A DNA stretch of 64,000 nt from an uncultured virus (IMG/VR IMGVR_UViG_3300042898_002817) (IMGVR_UViG_3300042898_002817), one strand, 5' to 3'. Shown: positions 19,758 through 29,899, counted from the first letter of the stretch. Numbers and translations: made by a program. The notes: generated by a model not told the origin, from the letters alone.

Positions 19758-21449
19758 TTATGTTTGTATCCAATCATTTGATGGACGAAATTTCATTATC
19801 CAATACTCCGGATATTCACTACTTTGCTGGTATGCATGTCCTAATACTCTGACATAGTCCCCTGAGCCTGTTGGGGAAGTTGTTGTCATAAACTTCCCGT
19901 CGCCGCTAGTAGGATATATTGGTAATCCATGGTCTAAATTATCAACTATAGGAGACTCATTGTGATAAGCTGAACTTGACAGTATAGTAATTGTTCCCTC
20001 TAACAAAATAGAGCCGGGACCGGGGACATATGGTATTGGTTGCGGGTCTTCAACTGGTGGTACTTCAAGACAAATTCCTAACAATTTAGTAAGACTGTTT
20101 TGAGGTCCGGCCGGATACCATACTCCGTCAGTCTTTAAGTATACTAAATCATATAATGTTACTGTCTCATCTACGGCTCCTATGATAACTTCACCTGCGT
20201 AGTTAGCCGTATTGCTAAGTATTGGAGTATCTACAAAGTTTTGTTGTACACCCAAATCAATTTTTGATTTATAGTAATAACTTGATGAAATAGCATATCC
20301 ATTATCGTCTACGTTCCAGTTTAAGGTAGGGTTGCCAAGTGTATTGGTCAGAGTTCTGTTTTCCCAATCAACTGACGTATAATCAGTCGAATCCTTCAAA
20401 TCTCTATAGTACCAACGTACGGAATTGATTCCAACAGAATCATACAATATTCTATTGTTCCATTCAACAGACTGTGTTGGAGGAGTTTGAGTATCATATA
20501 GTAATCGATTATTCCAATCGATTGATGTCTTATTACGGTCATCTAGTACTGTTCGATTATCTGTATTGAGTGAGCCTGTTTTTTTATTTTGTATAACTAT
20601 TAAGCTTCCAGTTATTTGTACTAGAGATCCTGAAGCAAAGATTAAGTTTGATCGAAGTGCTCCAAGTCCTGTTCCATTGCCTAGAATAAATGCGGATTGT
20701 GCTGAAGAGGAGAGGTTGTATTGACCTTGTACGTGTTGGTAAAATCCGTTAGCTACTGTACCAAGTCCTTCTGCGTGTGAACCGGTGCCAAATGCTGTTG
20801 CACCATAACCTTCTGCGTGTGAATAGTCTCCGATTGTAGTTGTACCATATCCTTCTGCGTGTGAGTAATTGCCATTTGCATTTGTACCAAACCCTTCTGC
20901 GTGTGAACCGGAGTCAAATGCCGTTGTATAATAACCTTCTGCGTGTGAACCGGGGCCTTTTGCAGTTGTATAATAACCTTCGGCGTGTGAATGTGATCCT
21001 GATGTTACTGTATTAAAACCTTCTGCGTGTGAATGTGATCCTGATGTTATTGTACTATAACCTTCTGCGTGTGAATAGTCTCCGTTTGCAGTTGTTTGCT
21101 CTCCCTCTGCGTGTGAACTTTGTCCGTTTGCTGTTGCACTATAGCCTTCTGCGTGTGAGTAATTTCCTATAGCATTTGCATAAAGTCCTTCAGCGTGTGA
21201 ACCTAATCCAGCTGCTGATGAATTATTGCCTTCTGCGTGTGAATAATCTCCTGTTGCACCTAAATCTATTCCTTGAGCATGAGCAAATAGGCCTGATGCT
21301 AAAGATGCAGATGCTTGATTGAATGATCCAGTTACACCTAATGATCCATTAATTTGAGCTGATCCGGTTACAACTAAACCTGCAGCGGCTGTTACTGAGT
21401 TTAATACGGCATCAGAGCCTGAGACTATGACTTTTTTCCAATTTGGCAT
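19758..21449 (-). CDS. Tail fibre protein with YadA-head-like SHAEG repeats
   Basis: About twelve 14-aa SHAEG repeats followed by S(V/I)xWxNRxL repeats. Confidence 0.75.
   Translation of the reverse strand: MPNWKKVIVSGSDAVLNSVTAAAGLVVTGSAQINGSLGVTGSFNQASASLASGLFAHAQGIDLGATGDYSHAEGNNSSAAGLGSHAEGLYANAIGNYSHAEGYSATANGQSSHAEGEQTTANGDYSHAEGYSTITSGSHSHAEGFNTVTSGSHSHAEGYYTTAKGPGSHAEGYYTTAFDSGSHAEGFGTNANGNYSHAEGYGTTTIGDYSHAEGYGATAFGTGSHAEGLGTVANGFYQHVQGQYNLSSSAQSAFILGNGTGLGALRSNLIFASGSLVQITGSLIVIQNKKTGSLNTDNRTVLDDRNKTSIDWNNRLLYDTQTPPTQSVEWNNRILYDSVGINSVRWYYRDLKDSTDYTSVDWENRTLTNTLGNPTLNWNVDDNGYAISSSYYYKSKIDLGVQQNFVDTPILSNTANYAGEVIIGAVDETVTLYDLVYLKTDGVWYPAGPQNSLTKLLGICLEVPPVEDPQPIPYVPGPGSILLEGTITILSSSAYHNESPIVDNLDHGLPIYPTSGDGKFMTTTSPTGSGDYVRVLGHAYQQSSEYPEYWIMKFRPSNDWIQT
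20765..21285 (-). repeat. 42-bp-period coding tandem repeat (SHAEG)
   Basis: ccttctgcgtgtga recurs every 42 nt, in frame. Confidence 0.9.
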
Positions 21450-21461
21450 ATTATATCTTAA

Positions 21462-21528
21462 TTATGTTGCGGTTAGATACATACACTAATGCCGTGTGTG
21501 TGCCTACTTCCTTGCGGCCAACAACAAG
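21462..21528 (-). ncRNA. Candidate structured 5' leader (three-way junction) of the SHAEG fibre gene
   Basis: GC-rich island in an AT-rich intergenic gap; UGUUG/CAACA closing stem, CC-GCAA-GG hairpin, long imperfect third stem. Confidence 0.55.
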
Positions 21529-21548
21529 TTATTTATTATAAATATGTG

Positions 21549-21731
21549 TTATCGAGATTTCTTTGGTTGTGGTGCAGACTGCATGTTTGCAATTTGTTGA
21601 ATCTCGGATTCTAATTTGATTTGCAATGCAGCTAAAAACTGTGCATCTTTTCCTGCAATAGTAATAACATCTAAGGATTGTCGCAATGTCTGAATTTCAG
21701 GCAATGTTAGTTCAATTGAAAAAATATTCAT
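21549..21731 (-). CDS. Small hypothetical protein
   Basis: 60 aa; its LDVITIAG segment resembles LKDVTITG in the neighbouring gene. Confidence 0.65.
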   Translation of the reverse strand: MNIFSIELTLPEIQTLRQSLDVITIAGKDAQFLAALQIKLESEIQQIANMQSAPQPKKSR

Positions 21732-21737
21732 GTTTGT

Positions 21738-21929
21738 TTATTTGGATTGTTCTATATATTGATTTTGTAATTTAACTACAAGATTATAAAACATTTCAAC
21801 TTGCGAACCGGTGATTGTTACATCTTTTAAAGAATTTAAAACAAATTCTAGTTCTTCTTGAACCAATTGATTTTTTGTTTCAACCACCGGCTGCTTTGAT
21901 TCGCCTATTATTTTAGAAAGAATACTCAT
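21738..21929 (-). CDS. Small hypothetical protein
   Basis: 63 aa; SD AAAGG. Confidence 0.65.
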   Translation of the reverse strand: MSILSKIIGESKQPVVETKNQLVQEELEFVLNSLKDVTITGSQVEMFYNLVVKLQNQYIEQSK

Positions 21930-21959
21930 TATAACCTTTTTTAGTTAATATATAGAATT

Positions 21960-23159
21960 TTATGCGTATATCCAAATGTCTAGGGCATTATCTGTATATA
22001 TTGCTCCTGCTTGTACAAATTCACCTGTAGTTGGTTTTGTAGTGTGAGCAGCTTGTGTAAATACATAGCCTGCGAATGCTGAGTTACCATTTGTTCCAAT
22101 AACAATTGCGTTGGTTGAGTCTAATAATCCGTTTTGGTAACCCCAACGATCTGTATCTGCATCAAAACCAAATGCAATATTTCCTGCCGCATCAGAACCT
22201 CTATCAATTATAATACCGCCATCACTTGCTGCTGCAGACCCGGATGCTAATATAATAAACTTATCTTCAACTAATAATTCTGTAGTGTTTATTTGTGTAG
22301 TTGTTCCATTAACAAATAAGTCTCCAGTTATTGTAGCATTTCCTGACACTGTAACATGGCCTAGGGAGGCTGTTCCTGAAACGTTTACTGCAGATAATGT
22401 TCCAACACTAGTAATTGCTGTTTGTGCTGCACCAGTAACTGTAGCTGCCGTAGTTGCAGTTGATGCATTGCCTGTTAAAGCTCCGACAAAAGTAGTTGAA
22501 GTAACTGATGATAATCCTGTTAAAGTAGTTGTTGCGGCTGCACCCAACGTTAATGTTTGTGATCCTAATAATACTGAAGCATTAGCTAAATTAGCATTTG
22601 TAATGCCGGCTGTTCCAGATAAGTTAGAATTAGTTAACCCAGTGACTTGAGATGATCCTGAAACAATGCCTGATGGTAATTGTGCACTACCACTAAAAAC
22701 TCCACTACCATTTAATACTTGTGCTGAACTAGATACAACTGCAATACCGGCAAAGAATGATCCACTATGAATTGACGTTCCGGCTAATATTTGAGAAGAT
22801 CCTGAAACAATGCCGGCAGGTAATTGTGCTGAACTAGATACAATATTGGGTGGAATGCTTGTCAATTGGGAATAAGTTATTTGAGAAGACCCAGATACTA
22901 CTGGGATACCGGCAAAGAATGATCCACTATGAATTGTCGTTCCTGCTAAATGTGCAACTATTTGTGCTGAACTTGTTACTGTACCTGCTGCTGGTATTAG
23001 GCCTGATAAACCAGAACCATTACCGGAAAACGACCCTGTAAATGATCCAGTTAAAGATGTAGTTGCTTGTGTTGTACCAATAAATTGGTTTGAACCAACT
23101 TGTAATGATGATAGATGGGCGCTACTACCCGATACTATTACTTTTTTCCATTCTGCCAT
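21960..23159 (-). CDS. Tail fibre-like protein
   Basis: MAEWKKVIVSGS start; VSGSSQ/VSSSAQ repeats; GDLFVNGTTTQINTTELLVEDKFI fibre motif. Confidence 0.7.
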   Translation of the reverse strand: MAEWKKVIVSGSSAHLSSLQVGSNQFIGTTQATTSLTGSFTGSFSGNGSGLSGLIPAAGTVTSSAQIVAHLAGTTIHSGSFFAGIPVVSGSSQITYSQLTSIPPNIVSSSAQLPAGIVSGSSQILAGTSIHSGSFFAGIAVVSSSAQVLNGSGVFSGSAQLPSGIVSGSSQVTGLTNSNLSGTAGITNANLANASVLLGSQTLTLGAAATTTLTGLSSVTSTTFVGALTGNASTATTAATVTGAAQTAITSVGTLSAVNVSGTASLGHVTVSGNATITGDLFVNGTTTQINTTELLVEDKFIILASGSAAASDGGIIIDRGSDAAGNIAFGFDADTDRWGYQNGLLDSTNAIVIGTNGNSAFAGYVFTQAAHTTKPTTGEFVQAGAIYTDNALDIWIYA

Positions 23160-23217
23160 GTTATGTTTTTTCTTTTTTTAATAAATATGATACTATTTTT
23201 TTTTTAATCTAAAAATG

Positions 23218-24129
23218 TTAATCTAATCCAACAAATAATGCGTTTGATGTAAAATATATTGCTCCATTTGCAGTTGGTCCAGTTAATTCAACTGATGAGG
23301 TAGCTAAAATTACTACTCCACTTTGTGATACAGTTAGTACGGCTTGATTGCTAGCATTCTTAATTAAGAACAAGTTAGCAGCACTTCCAGATATAGTCGT
23401 CAATCCGGTACTAGATACTGTAAATGGATTATAACTTGCAGACCTAATAATAAAAATGTCTCCAGTCGCATTAACACTTGCAGTTACGCTTCCGGTTGCT
23501 ATAAAAGTACTAGTGCCACTACTTCCTCCGGAGCCAAACCCACTAGCAGCTGCAGACTGTGATATAAATGTTGGATCAATATATGATGCTGTTGCAGCAA
23601 TTGACGCGCTTATAGATAAAGATGCGCCAGTATCGGATATAACTGTTTCGCTAGCATTACCTTGTGCATCTGTTGCGTTAAATACAAAAGTATTATCTCT
23701 AATACTAATGCTAGCAGAAGTTGTGGGTTGTCCAACACTTTGTGACATAAAGTATATAGTACCGTGACCAACATATAAACTATTCCACCAAGAAGTTTCT
23801 GATCCTAGATTGTATGGTGAAATAATACCGTCTGGTTTTGCAGGAACCCAATCACCTGATGGAGCTGCTGCAAATGCTGCTTCTCCTGCTGTAGTTGCAT
23901 TTGTTGCAGTAGTTGCATTACCTTGTAGTGATCCAGTAAATCCTGCAGTTGCCCTAACGCTTCCAGTAACTGCTAATGAACCTGAAATAATAGCAGATCC
24001 GGTGTATGGAAATGAGCTGCCACCGCCTCCGCCGCCGTTTAACGCAAAAGAAGCTGTTAATGCATAAGAGGAAGATATATTGAATAACGATCCGGTTTGT
24101 AATTGACCGGGTTTAAATTGTCTTGCCAT
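23218..24129 (-). CDS. Tail fibre-like structural protein
   Basis: Likely start MARQF at 24129 (TAATG overlap with upstream stop); shares the ALTASFALNGGG..FPYTGSA module. Confidence 0.65.
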   Translation of the reverse strand: MARQFKPGQLQTGSLFNISSSYALTASFALNGGGGGGSSFPYTGSAIISGSLAVTGSVRATAGFTGSLQGNATTATNATTAGEAAFAAAPSGDWVPAKPDGIISPYNLGSETSWWNSLYVGHGTIYFMSQSVGQPTTSASISIRDNTFVFNATDAQGNASETVISDTGASLSISASIAATASYIDPTFISQSAAASGFGSGGSSGTSTFIATGSVTASVNATGDIFIIRSASYNPFTVSSTGLTTISGSAANLFLIKNASNQAVLTVSQSGVVILATSSVELTGPTANGAIYFTSNALFVGLD

Positions 24130-25334
24130 TATGCCCATCTCCCATTCACAACTATTGTGTCTGTAGCCTCTATTGTGTATCCTAATATGCTTGTATCAAA
24201 TACAATTGATTGTGATGTTGTATTACTGGGTGTCCATGTATATATTGCTTTATCAATATATTGACCGTTTATATATACATTGAATTCGTTTTTTGTTGCC
24301 GTAGCGCCTGTTACAGGATTTGTTCCGGCTAATGCTGATATTGATACCGTTGTTGAATTAGAATAAGTTGCTATTTGTTCTGTTAAACTAGTTAAATAGT
24401 TTATTATGTCTGCAGTTAATTTGCCTGTTGTTGCTCCAAACATGTTTGCAGTTCCACCATTATTAATATGTGATTGCATTTGCAATATATTGCTAGGCAC
24501 CGCTGTAGTAGAAAATAAATCAGATGATACATATATGTTGGTGTCAAACACAACTTTTTTAATGGCATACATTTTTTTTATTGTTGATATTTGAGTTTCT
24601 GTTTCAGATAACAATGTTGCTAACACCGTTAACGGTATTGTTGCTCGTACTAGTCGATCTTCGCCTACTGTATTTATTGTTTCAAAATTAACTGATCCAA
24701 TTGTTGTTGGAAATTTTTCAGGGCCATTTCCCCATGAAAATCTACCATATGGTAATATTTGTTCTACAACATCATTCAATTGCATTGTAAAATCGCACCA
24801 AATCATCATATCATATTCTATTGTAACATATTTTGGTATATTAATTATATAGATTTTATCTTGAGCGGCGCCTTGATTGCCAATGTTAGGCATTGGATCA
24901 TTATATCTATTTCTTTCATTGTATTTAGAACGATATGTTAATACGTTTTCGTTTGGATTATAATTTACATCCAAAGTTTTTATGTTATCTCGTTCTATTA
25001 CACTGTTTCGTTTTAACATTATAACTGGTGATTGTAACATGCCTTTTTCATCACGCAAATATCCTAAACGCTGCACATTATCCCATTTTTCACCATTTGC
25101 ATAAATTATTGGAATATCAATCAATGTTTGATCAGCTGTAATTTGTGGACGTATATCATTTTCAATAAACCATTTAATGGCATAATCAATATCATACAGT
25201 GTTCGTTTTGGAGATCGTATTACATCATCATCTCTTCTAGTTTGTAATGCTCTATTTAATGTTACATTAGGCGAACCGATTGTTGTTGGTTTATTTGTTT
25301 TTTGATCAATATTTTGTTTGTTGAATATAGGCAT
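24129..25334 (-). CDS. Tail terminator / sheath stabiliser (gp15-like) with C-terminal extension
   Basis: IPIIYANGEKW, PVIMLKR, VTIEYDMMIW..QLNDVVEQIL; follows the gp13/gp14-like genes. Confidence 0.65.
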   Translation of the reverse strand: MPIFNKQNIDQKTNKPTTIGSPNVTLNRALQTRRDDDVIRSPKRTLYDIDYAIKWFIENDIRPQITADQTLIDIPIIYANGEKWDNVQRLGYLRDEKGMLQSPVIMLKRNSVIERDNIKTLDVNYNPNENVLTYRSKYNERNRYNDPMPNIGNQGAAQDKIYIINIPKYVTIEYDMMIWCDFTMQLNDVVEQILPYGRFSWGNGPEKFPTTIGSVNFETINTVGEDRLVRATIPLTVLATLLSETETQISTIKKMYAIKKVVFDTNIYVSSDLFSTTAVPSNILQMQSHINNGGTANMFGATTGKLTADIINYLTSLTEQIATYSNSTTVSISALAGTNPVTGATATKNEFNVYINGQYIDKAIYTWTPSNTTSQSIVFDTSILGYTIEATDTIVVNGRWA

Positions 25335-25336
25335 AG

Positions 25337-25855
25337 TTATCCTCTGTATGCAGGCGATTTATTGTCGCCGCCCCGTCTTAAATTTGTAATACCTATAGGT
25401 GTTTGTCTTGTAGCGTGGGCATCACATATAACGGATACACTGTATCCTGATGTATTACCATTTGGCCATGTATCTGGATTCTTTCCTGCAAAATACTGAT
25501 TTGATTCTACATTATCTAGTTCATAATATTCATTGTCCCAAAAAATAATATCTCCTGGGTCTGGATATAAATTTGCGGTTTCTAGCAAATCTCGAGATAA
25601 TCCAAATTGTGCTGTTCTTGTATATGTATGTCCGTAATCATCCATTTGAGATGTTTTTGCTTCTTTTGTTATAATGCACGGCAATAATATTGAATCATAA
25701 TATGTTTTTGCTTCTGATTCGCCGTATATGTTTGATTTGGTTGATTCTAATATCAATTTAAAAAACTCAATTTCAGTATCAATTATTGAATTAATTAATT
25801 CACTGTTAATTGATGCTAAAAATTTGGCATCTCGAACTCCCCCAAATAGTGCCAT
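25337..25855 (-). CDS. Neck / head-closure protein (gp14-like)
   Basis: NIYGES, YPDPGDIIFWDNEYYE; gene order. Confidence 0.7.
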   Translation of the reverse strand: MALFGGVRDAKFLASINSELINSIIDTEIEFFKLILESTKSNIYGESEAKTYYDSILLPCIITKEAKTSQMDDYGHTYTRTAQFGLSRDLLETANLYPDPGDIIFWDNEYYELDNVESNQYFAGKNPDTWPNGNTSGYSVSVICDAHATRQTPIGITNLRRGGDNKSPAYRG

Positions 25856-25922
25856 ATCTTATATCTCCATAAATTTGTTATTACAAATATATTTTATCAA
25901 ATTCAATTTTCTATTAATAACG

Positions 25923-27149
25923 TTAACCTACATATATTTTTAATGGAACTTTACCAAGAATTTCCATCATTTGAGTTGATTCGGCATTTTGCCTAGTAAT
26001 CATTGCCTCTTTAGTTAATTTATCTAAAAATTCTCGTAATTGAGTTATCAATTCAGTTTTTTCGGCTTGTCCTTGAGAAATTAAATCTGATCCGTTTAAT
26101 GTTACTTCGCCATTTGGTATTGGAACAGATGAATATTTTCCTCGTACTTGTCCTAACATTTCTTTGGCGGATGCAAGGCCGTATTTAATGATCCACGCGC
26201 GCCCCATATCATTAATTTTACTGTATGATTGATATGTGTATGGTATATTTGATGCGTCACTTACAACATTGTTTAAAAGTGCACTATTACCGAATAAAAG
26301 CCCTTCATTATTTTTTGCGTCATCAAATATAAAATTTACATAAACAGACTCAAAATATGGATTTGCAATAGAACTTCCGGTACCAGATGATGGTATTGGC
26401 CAGAATTTAATGTCATCTCCATGTATTTCAAAACTATATGCAGATTTTCTAATTTGATCGTTGAATTCAATTCCTTGTATTCGCAATAAATCAGCATGAA
26501 TTGGCATCATCATGAAACTAACAGATGGTGACATTCCGCCAAATCCAAATCCTTCTAACATGTTTTGCGAGCCCATTCCGGTACCAACAAATGGATCAAA
26601 AAATCTAGTAATTGCTGGCGGGGCATTATGAAGTACTCGTTTTACTTCAACTGAACTTGTTGTTACAGTTATTCCTAAAGATTTAGATATTGCGGTCTTT
26701 AAACTATATGTTTGCTGTCCTGGTACCATATCCACACGCAATGTTTGCCATTGCAAATTTCCGCCCGAGTCAGCTTCAGTTCCATATACTTTTGATAATT
26801 TAGTAATATAACCAAATGAATTTCCAACTAATCGTCCAGTAAACCCTGTGCCTGTTAAAAAACTTGATGCGGTATTAACACCCAATGTATTCATCAAATT
26901 ATTAACAATGTTAACTTGATTGATTTGATTAGAATATTCAATAGTAGCAGATTCAAATGCTGTATAAAAATTTATTGCTTGCAATTCGATATCCATTATT
27001 GGGTATCCTAGATGTCGTGCTGCAGCAACCGCAAATTTGTCAGCATGGCTTTGAAATGTTGCATCAGAATCAAAAAATCCAAATGGAGTTGATCCCGCAG
27101 TAAACGATGAACTTCCGGGCCATATTGGTTTTTGTATACTATAATCCAT
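25923..27149 (-). CDS. Neck / head-tail adaptor (gp13-like)
   Basis: LGYPIMDIEL; WIIKYGLASAKEMLGQVRGKY..IPNGEVTLNG. Confidence 0.8.
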   Translation of the reverse strand: MDYSIQKPIWPGSSSFTAGSTPFGFFDSDATFQSHADKFAVAAARHLGYPIMDIELQAINFYTAFESATIEYSNQINQVNIVNNLMNTLGVNTASSFLTGTGFTGRLVGNSFGYITKLSKVYGTEADSGGNLQWQTLRVDMVPGQQTYSLKTAISKSLGITVTTSSVEVKRVLHNAPPAITRFFDPFVGTGMGSQNMLEGFGFGGMSPSVSFMMMPIHADLLRIQGIEFNDQIRKSAYSFEIHGDDIKFWPIPSSGTGSSIANPYFESVYVNFIFDDAKNNEGLLFGNSALLNNVVSDASNIPYTYQSYSKINDMGRAWIIKYGLASAKEMLGQVRGKYSSVPIPNGEVTLNGSDLISQGQAEKTELITQLREFLDKLTKEAMITRQNAESTQMMEILGKVPLKIYVG

Positions 27150-27175
27150 TGTTCTGTTTCCTTTTTATATAAATA

Positions 27176-27841
27176 TCAATACTTTTCATTTAGTAGAGCC
27201 AAAATTTCATTTAACGCTACGTGTCGATGATTATCTGTTAAAATAATTTCATTTACAAATTGTGATGGTTTTAGTTTAGGGACTTCATGTACTGCTGAAT
27301 CATTATTAAATTTTAAATCTACTTGATATCTATCGCCCGTTAAAATCATGATACTGCCTTTACCTAATCTAGATAATACCATTTGCAGTTGTTGTTTTGT
27401 TAAATTTTGAAATTCATCAACTATACAAATTGCATTATCAAATGTTCTTCCTCGAAAATGAGCTAATGATACTAGTTCAATACTTTCTTCTTTTTCCATT
27501 TTATCTAACAGTTCTGGTTTATTATAAACCTTACGCATGTTGCTACGAATCGGAACTAACCATGGATCCATTTTTTCTTGCAATGTTCCTGGTAAGAATC
27601 CATTATCTTCATTTGATACTGTTGGTCGAGTCATGATAATTTTATCAATTCGTCGTTTAAAAAACATGTCCAATGCAATTTGAACTGCTAACAATGTTTT
27701 GCCAGATCCAGCTTTACCTAATATAAAATTAAACGGAGTTTCTATAATTTTTGCTTTTGCTAGTTTTTGTTCTTCTGATAATGTTACTGAAAATTTAATA
27801 TCAGTTTTTGGTGGAGTTTTATCCGAATTTAGTGTTGTCAT
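27176..27841 (-). CDS. phoH: PhoH-family ATPase
   Basis: GKAGSGKT, GFLPG, RGRTF, DEFQN, LSRLG, GDRYQVD. Confidence 0.95.
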   Translation of the reverse strand: MTTLNSDKTPPKTDIKFSVTLSEEQKLAKAKIIETPFNFILGKAGSGKTLLAVQIALDMFFKRRIDKIIMTRPTVSNEDNGFLPGTLQEKMDPWLVPIRSNMRKVYNKPELLDKMEKEESIELVSLAHFRGRTFDNAICIVDEFQNLTKQQLQMVLSRLGKGSIMILTGDRYQVDLKFNNDSAVHEVPKLKPSQFVNEIILTDNHRHVALNEILALLNEKY

Positions 27842-27857
27842 AATATAACCTTTTTTA

Positions 27858-28133
27858 TTAATCTAATTTTGTAAGCGTTGTTTCACGTAAATACATGTCA
27901 TGCAACATTTCAATTTTTCCTAAACACATTTTACGAATTGCATGAAATGTATTTCTAGGAGGATATGGTGTCAGTATTTTAATTTTAATCAATTCTTTGT
28001 TTGGCCCTAAATCCTTTTCAATATGTACCATAAGTACTAGACGAATTGCACGTATACGGTCCAATACATCAATTAATCTACCAGAATACCGAATATCTAT
28101 ATACATTTCATATTTTACGCGAGGTGCTGCCAT
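27858..28133 (-). CDS. Hypothetical protein
   Basis: 91-aa ORF with its own ATATTTAT motif. Confidence 0.75.
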   Translation of the reverse strand: MAAPRVKYEMYIDIRYSGRLIDVLDRIRAIRLVLMVHIEKDLGPNKELIKIKILTPYPPRNTFHAIRKMCLGKIEMLHDMYLRETTLTKLD

Positions 28134-28166
28134 AATACTTCTTTAATATAAATATATGTGCAGTAT

Positions 28167-28187
28167 AAAAGGGGCCGAAGCCCCTTT
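28167..28187 (-). terminator. Intrinsic terminator after the major capsid gene
   Basis: AAAGGGGC-TTCG-GCCCC-TTTT, with a C(UUCG)G tetraloop. Confidence 0.9.
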
Positions 28188-28234
28188 AATTTATTCGTAA
28201 TTGTTTAATTAATTAACTAGTTAGTTGTTAACTA

Positions 28235-29872
28235 TTATAGAGTGTTTAATCCGTGTACGTATACTTTTCCGTAAAATTCTGGACGAACTACTTTCTTTGC
28301 GTAACGTGTCATAACACCTTTACGTGGAGTGAAGTTAACTGGATCATATACTAATGGAGTCATGATAAGTGGAACATAAGGGCTAAATACTGCTCCTGTT
28401 TCAAGGAACTGTGACCCTCTGAATCCCATTAAAATAACATTCTCTGTCATATATGGATTTTTGTATACAGTGTATCGGTTATTGATTGCACCAATTTTTT
28501 GTACGCCTGCCGCAAACTCTAATTTAGTACCATCTGTGTCAGCTGCAAATCCCGGGATAGACTCAAGGATTGTTGCTACTGCTGGACTTGTTACTAGGAA
28601 GTTAGCACCACCACGTAATGTTTTTTGGTGAATTTTATTAGATACTTTTTGAAGTTTAGTACCTAAAGTTTGGAACCAACCACCTTGTGTATTATAGAAA
28701 CCATCAGGGTTTCCAGACCCAGCGTTTGTTTGTGTAAATCCGGTACCGTTCCATGTGTTGTTGTTTAATGCTGACCAATACTCAGTAGTTGGTGCTGCAG
28801 AAATTAACATGTCTAGAATTTCTAAATCAATTTCCATGGATACATATTCACTCAACATTGAAGTCAATTCAGCTTCAGCGTCAATTGAATGGTATGCATT
28901 TAAATCTTGAGCAAACTCTGGTGTCCAAACTGCTTTCAACTTACGAGTCTTGGCAACGATTGGTTCTGATTGCATTTCCAAGTTAATTTCTGGAATTTCA
29001 ATATCAACGTTGTATCCGTTACCATCGCTACCTTTGTTGTCTTCAAAGTCACCTCTAGTATAATCAAGTGGTTGTTTGCTGTACGATACAGTATATGATG
29101 TTGTACCATGCATTCCGGCTGATTTTGAAATAAAGAATTCAACATTACCTGAAGATGCATTATATTTTGTAAATGCAGGAACGGCCATTGCTTCTGTAAC
29201 AAATGATCCAGATGTTAATATGAATGATCTTACTGCAGTCAAATCTGCATTTGGTAAAGTAGTTGCTGCTACATAAACAACACTGTATCCTGATAATGTA
29301 CCTGTATAGTTAGCGTCAAAGTTAACAGACCCCGAACCAGCAGTCGCTGCAGATGCCGTTGTTGCTGCTACTACACTTGAAGTTTCATTGATTGAATATC
29401 CAAAACGACCTGCACCATATAAACCACCTGATGGATCAAGAGTTGTGCTTGTTACGCCAAACAATGAATCGTTAGCGTTAGGTGCTCCAAATGGATCGCC
29501 AGTGATGTTTAAATTGTCATTGTCAAATCCAGGTTGAGCTGTACCATATTTAAAGTCTAAGAAAAATATAAGACCTGATGGCAAGTTCATTGGTTGAACT
29601 GATACAAATTCTTTTGCTGCAAATTCAGCAAAAATTCTTCTTACTAATGGTAAAGCAACGCCTGCCCATTCTTCGCCGCCTTGTGCGCCTGTGGATGATG
29701 CTTCTTTTACTAGTTGTCTTGCTTGGTTCTCAAGCAATTGAGCCATACCGGCTTTTTCTGTTTCGCCCTTAAGGCCTTCTAATAAACCTGTTCTTTCCCA
29801 CTTTGAAGCTAACGCTTTAGCGTTGTTTCTTTGTACGAAATCATTGGTTTGTAATAAATTTGAAATACTCAT
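28235..29872 (-). CDS. Major capsid protein (T4 gp23-like)
   Basis: VQPMNLPSGLIF, AKTRKLKAVWTPEFAQDL.AYH.IDAEAEL, PYVPL, MTRYA. Confidence 0.97.
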   Translation of the reverse strand: MSISNLLQTNDFVQRNNAKALASKWERTGLLEGLKGETEKAGMAQLLENQARQLVKEASSTGAQGGEEWAGVALPLVRRIFAEFAAKEFVSVQPMNLPSGLIFFLDFKYGTAQPGFDNDNLNITGDPFGAPNANDSLFGVTSTTLDPSGGLYGAGRFGYSINETSSVVAATTASAATAGSGSVNFDANYTGTLSGYSVVYVAATTLPNADLTAVRSFILTSGSFVTEAMAVPAFTKYNASSGNVEFFISKSAGMHGTTSYTVSYSKQPLDYTRGDFEDNKGSDGNGYNVDIEIPEINLEMQSEPIVAKTRKLKAVWTPEFAQDLNAYHSIDAEAELTSMLSEYVSMEIDLEILDMLISAAPTTEYWSALNNNTWNGTGFTQTNAGSGNPDGFYNTQGGWFQTLGTKLQKVSNKIHQKTLRGGANFLVTSPAVATILESIPGFAADTDGTKLEFAAGVQKIGAINNRYTVYKNPYMTENVILMGFRGSQFLETGAVFSPYVPLIMTPLVYDPVNFTPRKGVMTRYAKKVVRPEFYGKVYVHGLNTL

Positions 29873-29899
29873 TTTGTTTTTTCCTTTTTTTTTAATGTG

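Noticed and set aside
20765..21285. Regularly spaced ~15-bp repeats with variable spacers, resembling a CRISPR array
   Set aside because: The period is 42 nt and in frame, encoding SHAEG fibre repeats; the repeats are short and degenerate at third codon positions; no cas genes are present.
23196..23205. T10 homopolymer upstream of a fibre gene as a phase-variation switch
   Set aside because: Such a run is expected by chance in very AT-rich intergenic DNA, and there is no evidence that it forms a promoter spacer.
15932..24129. Diversity-generating retroelement or invertible fibre cassette
   Set aside because: No reverse transcriptase, recombinase or adenine-specific template/variable repeat pair was seen in the window.
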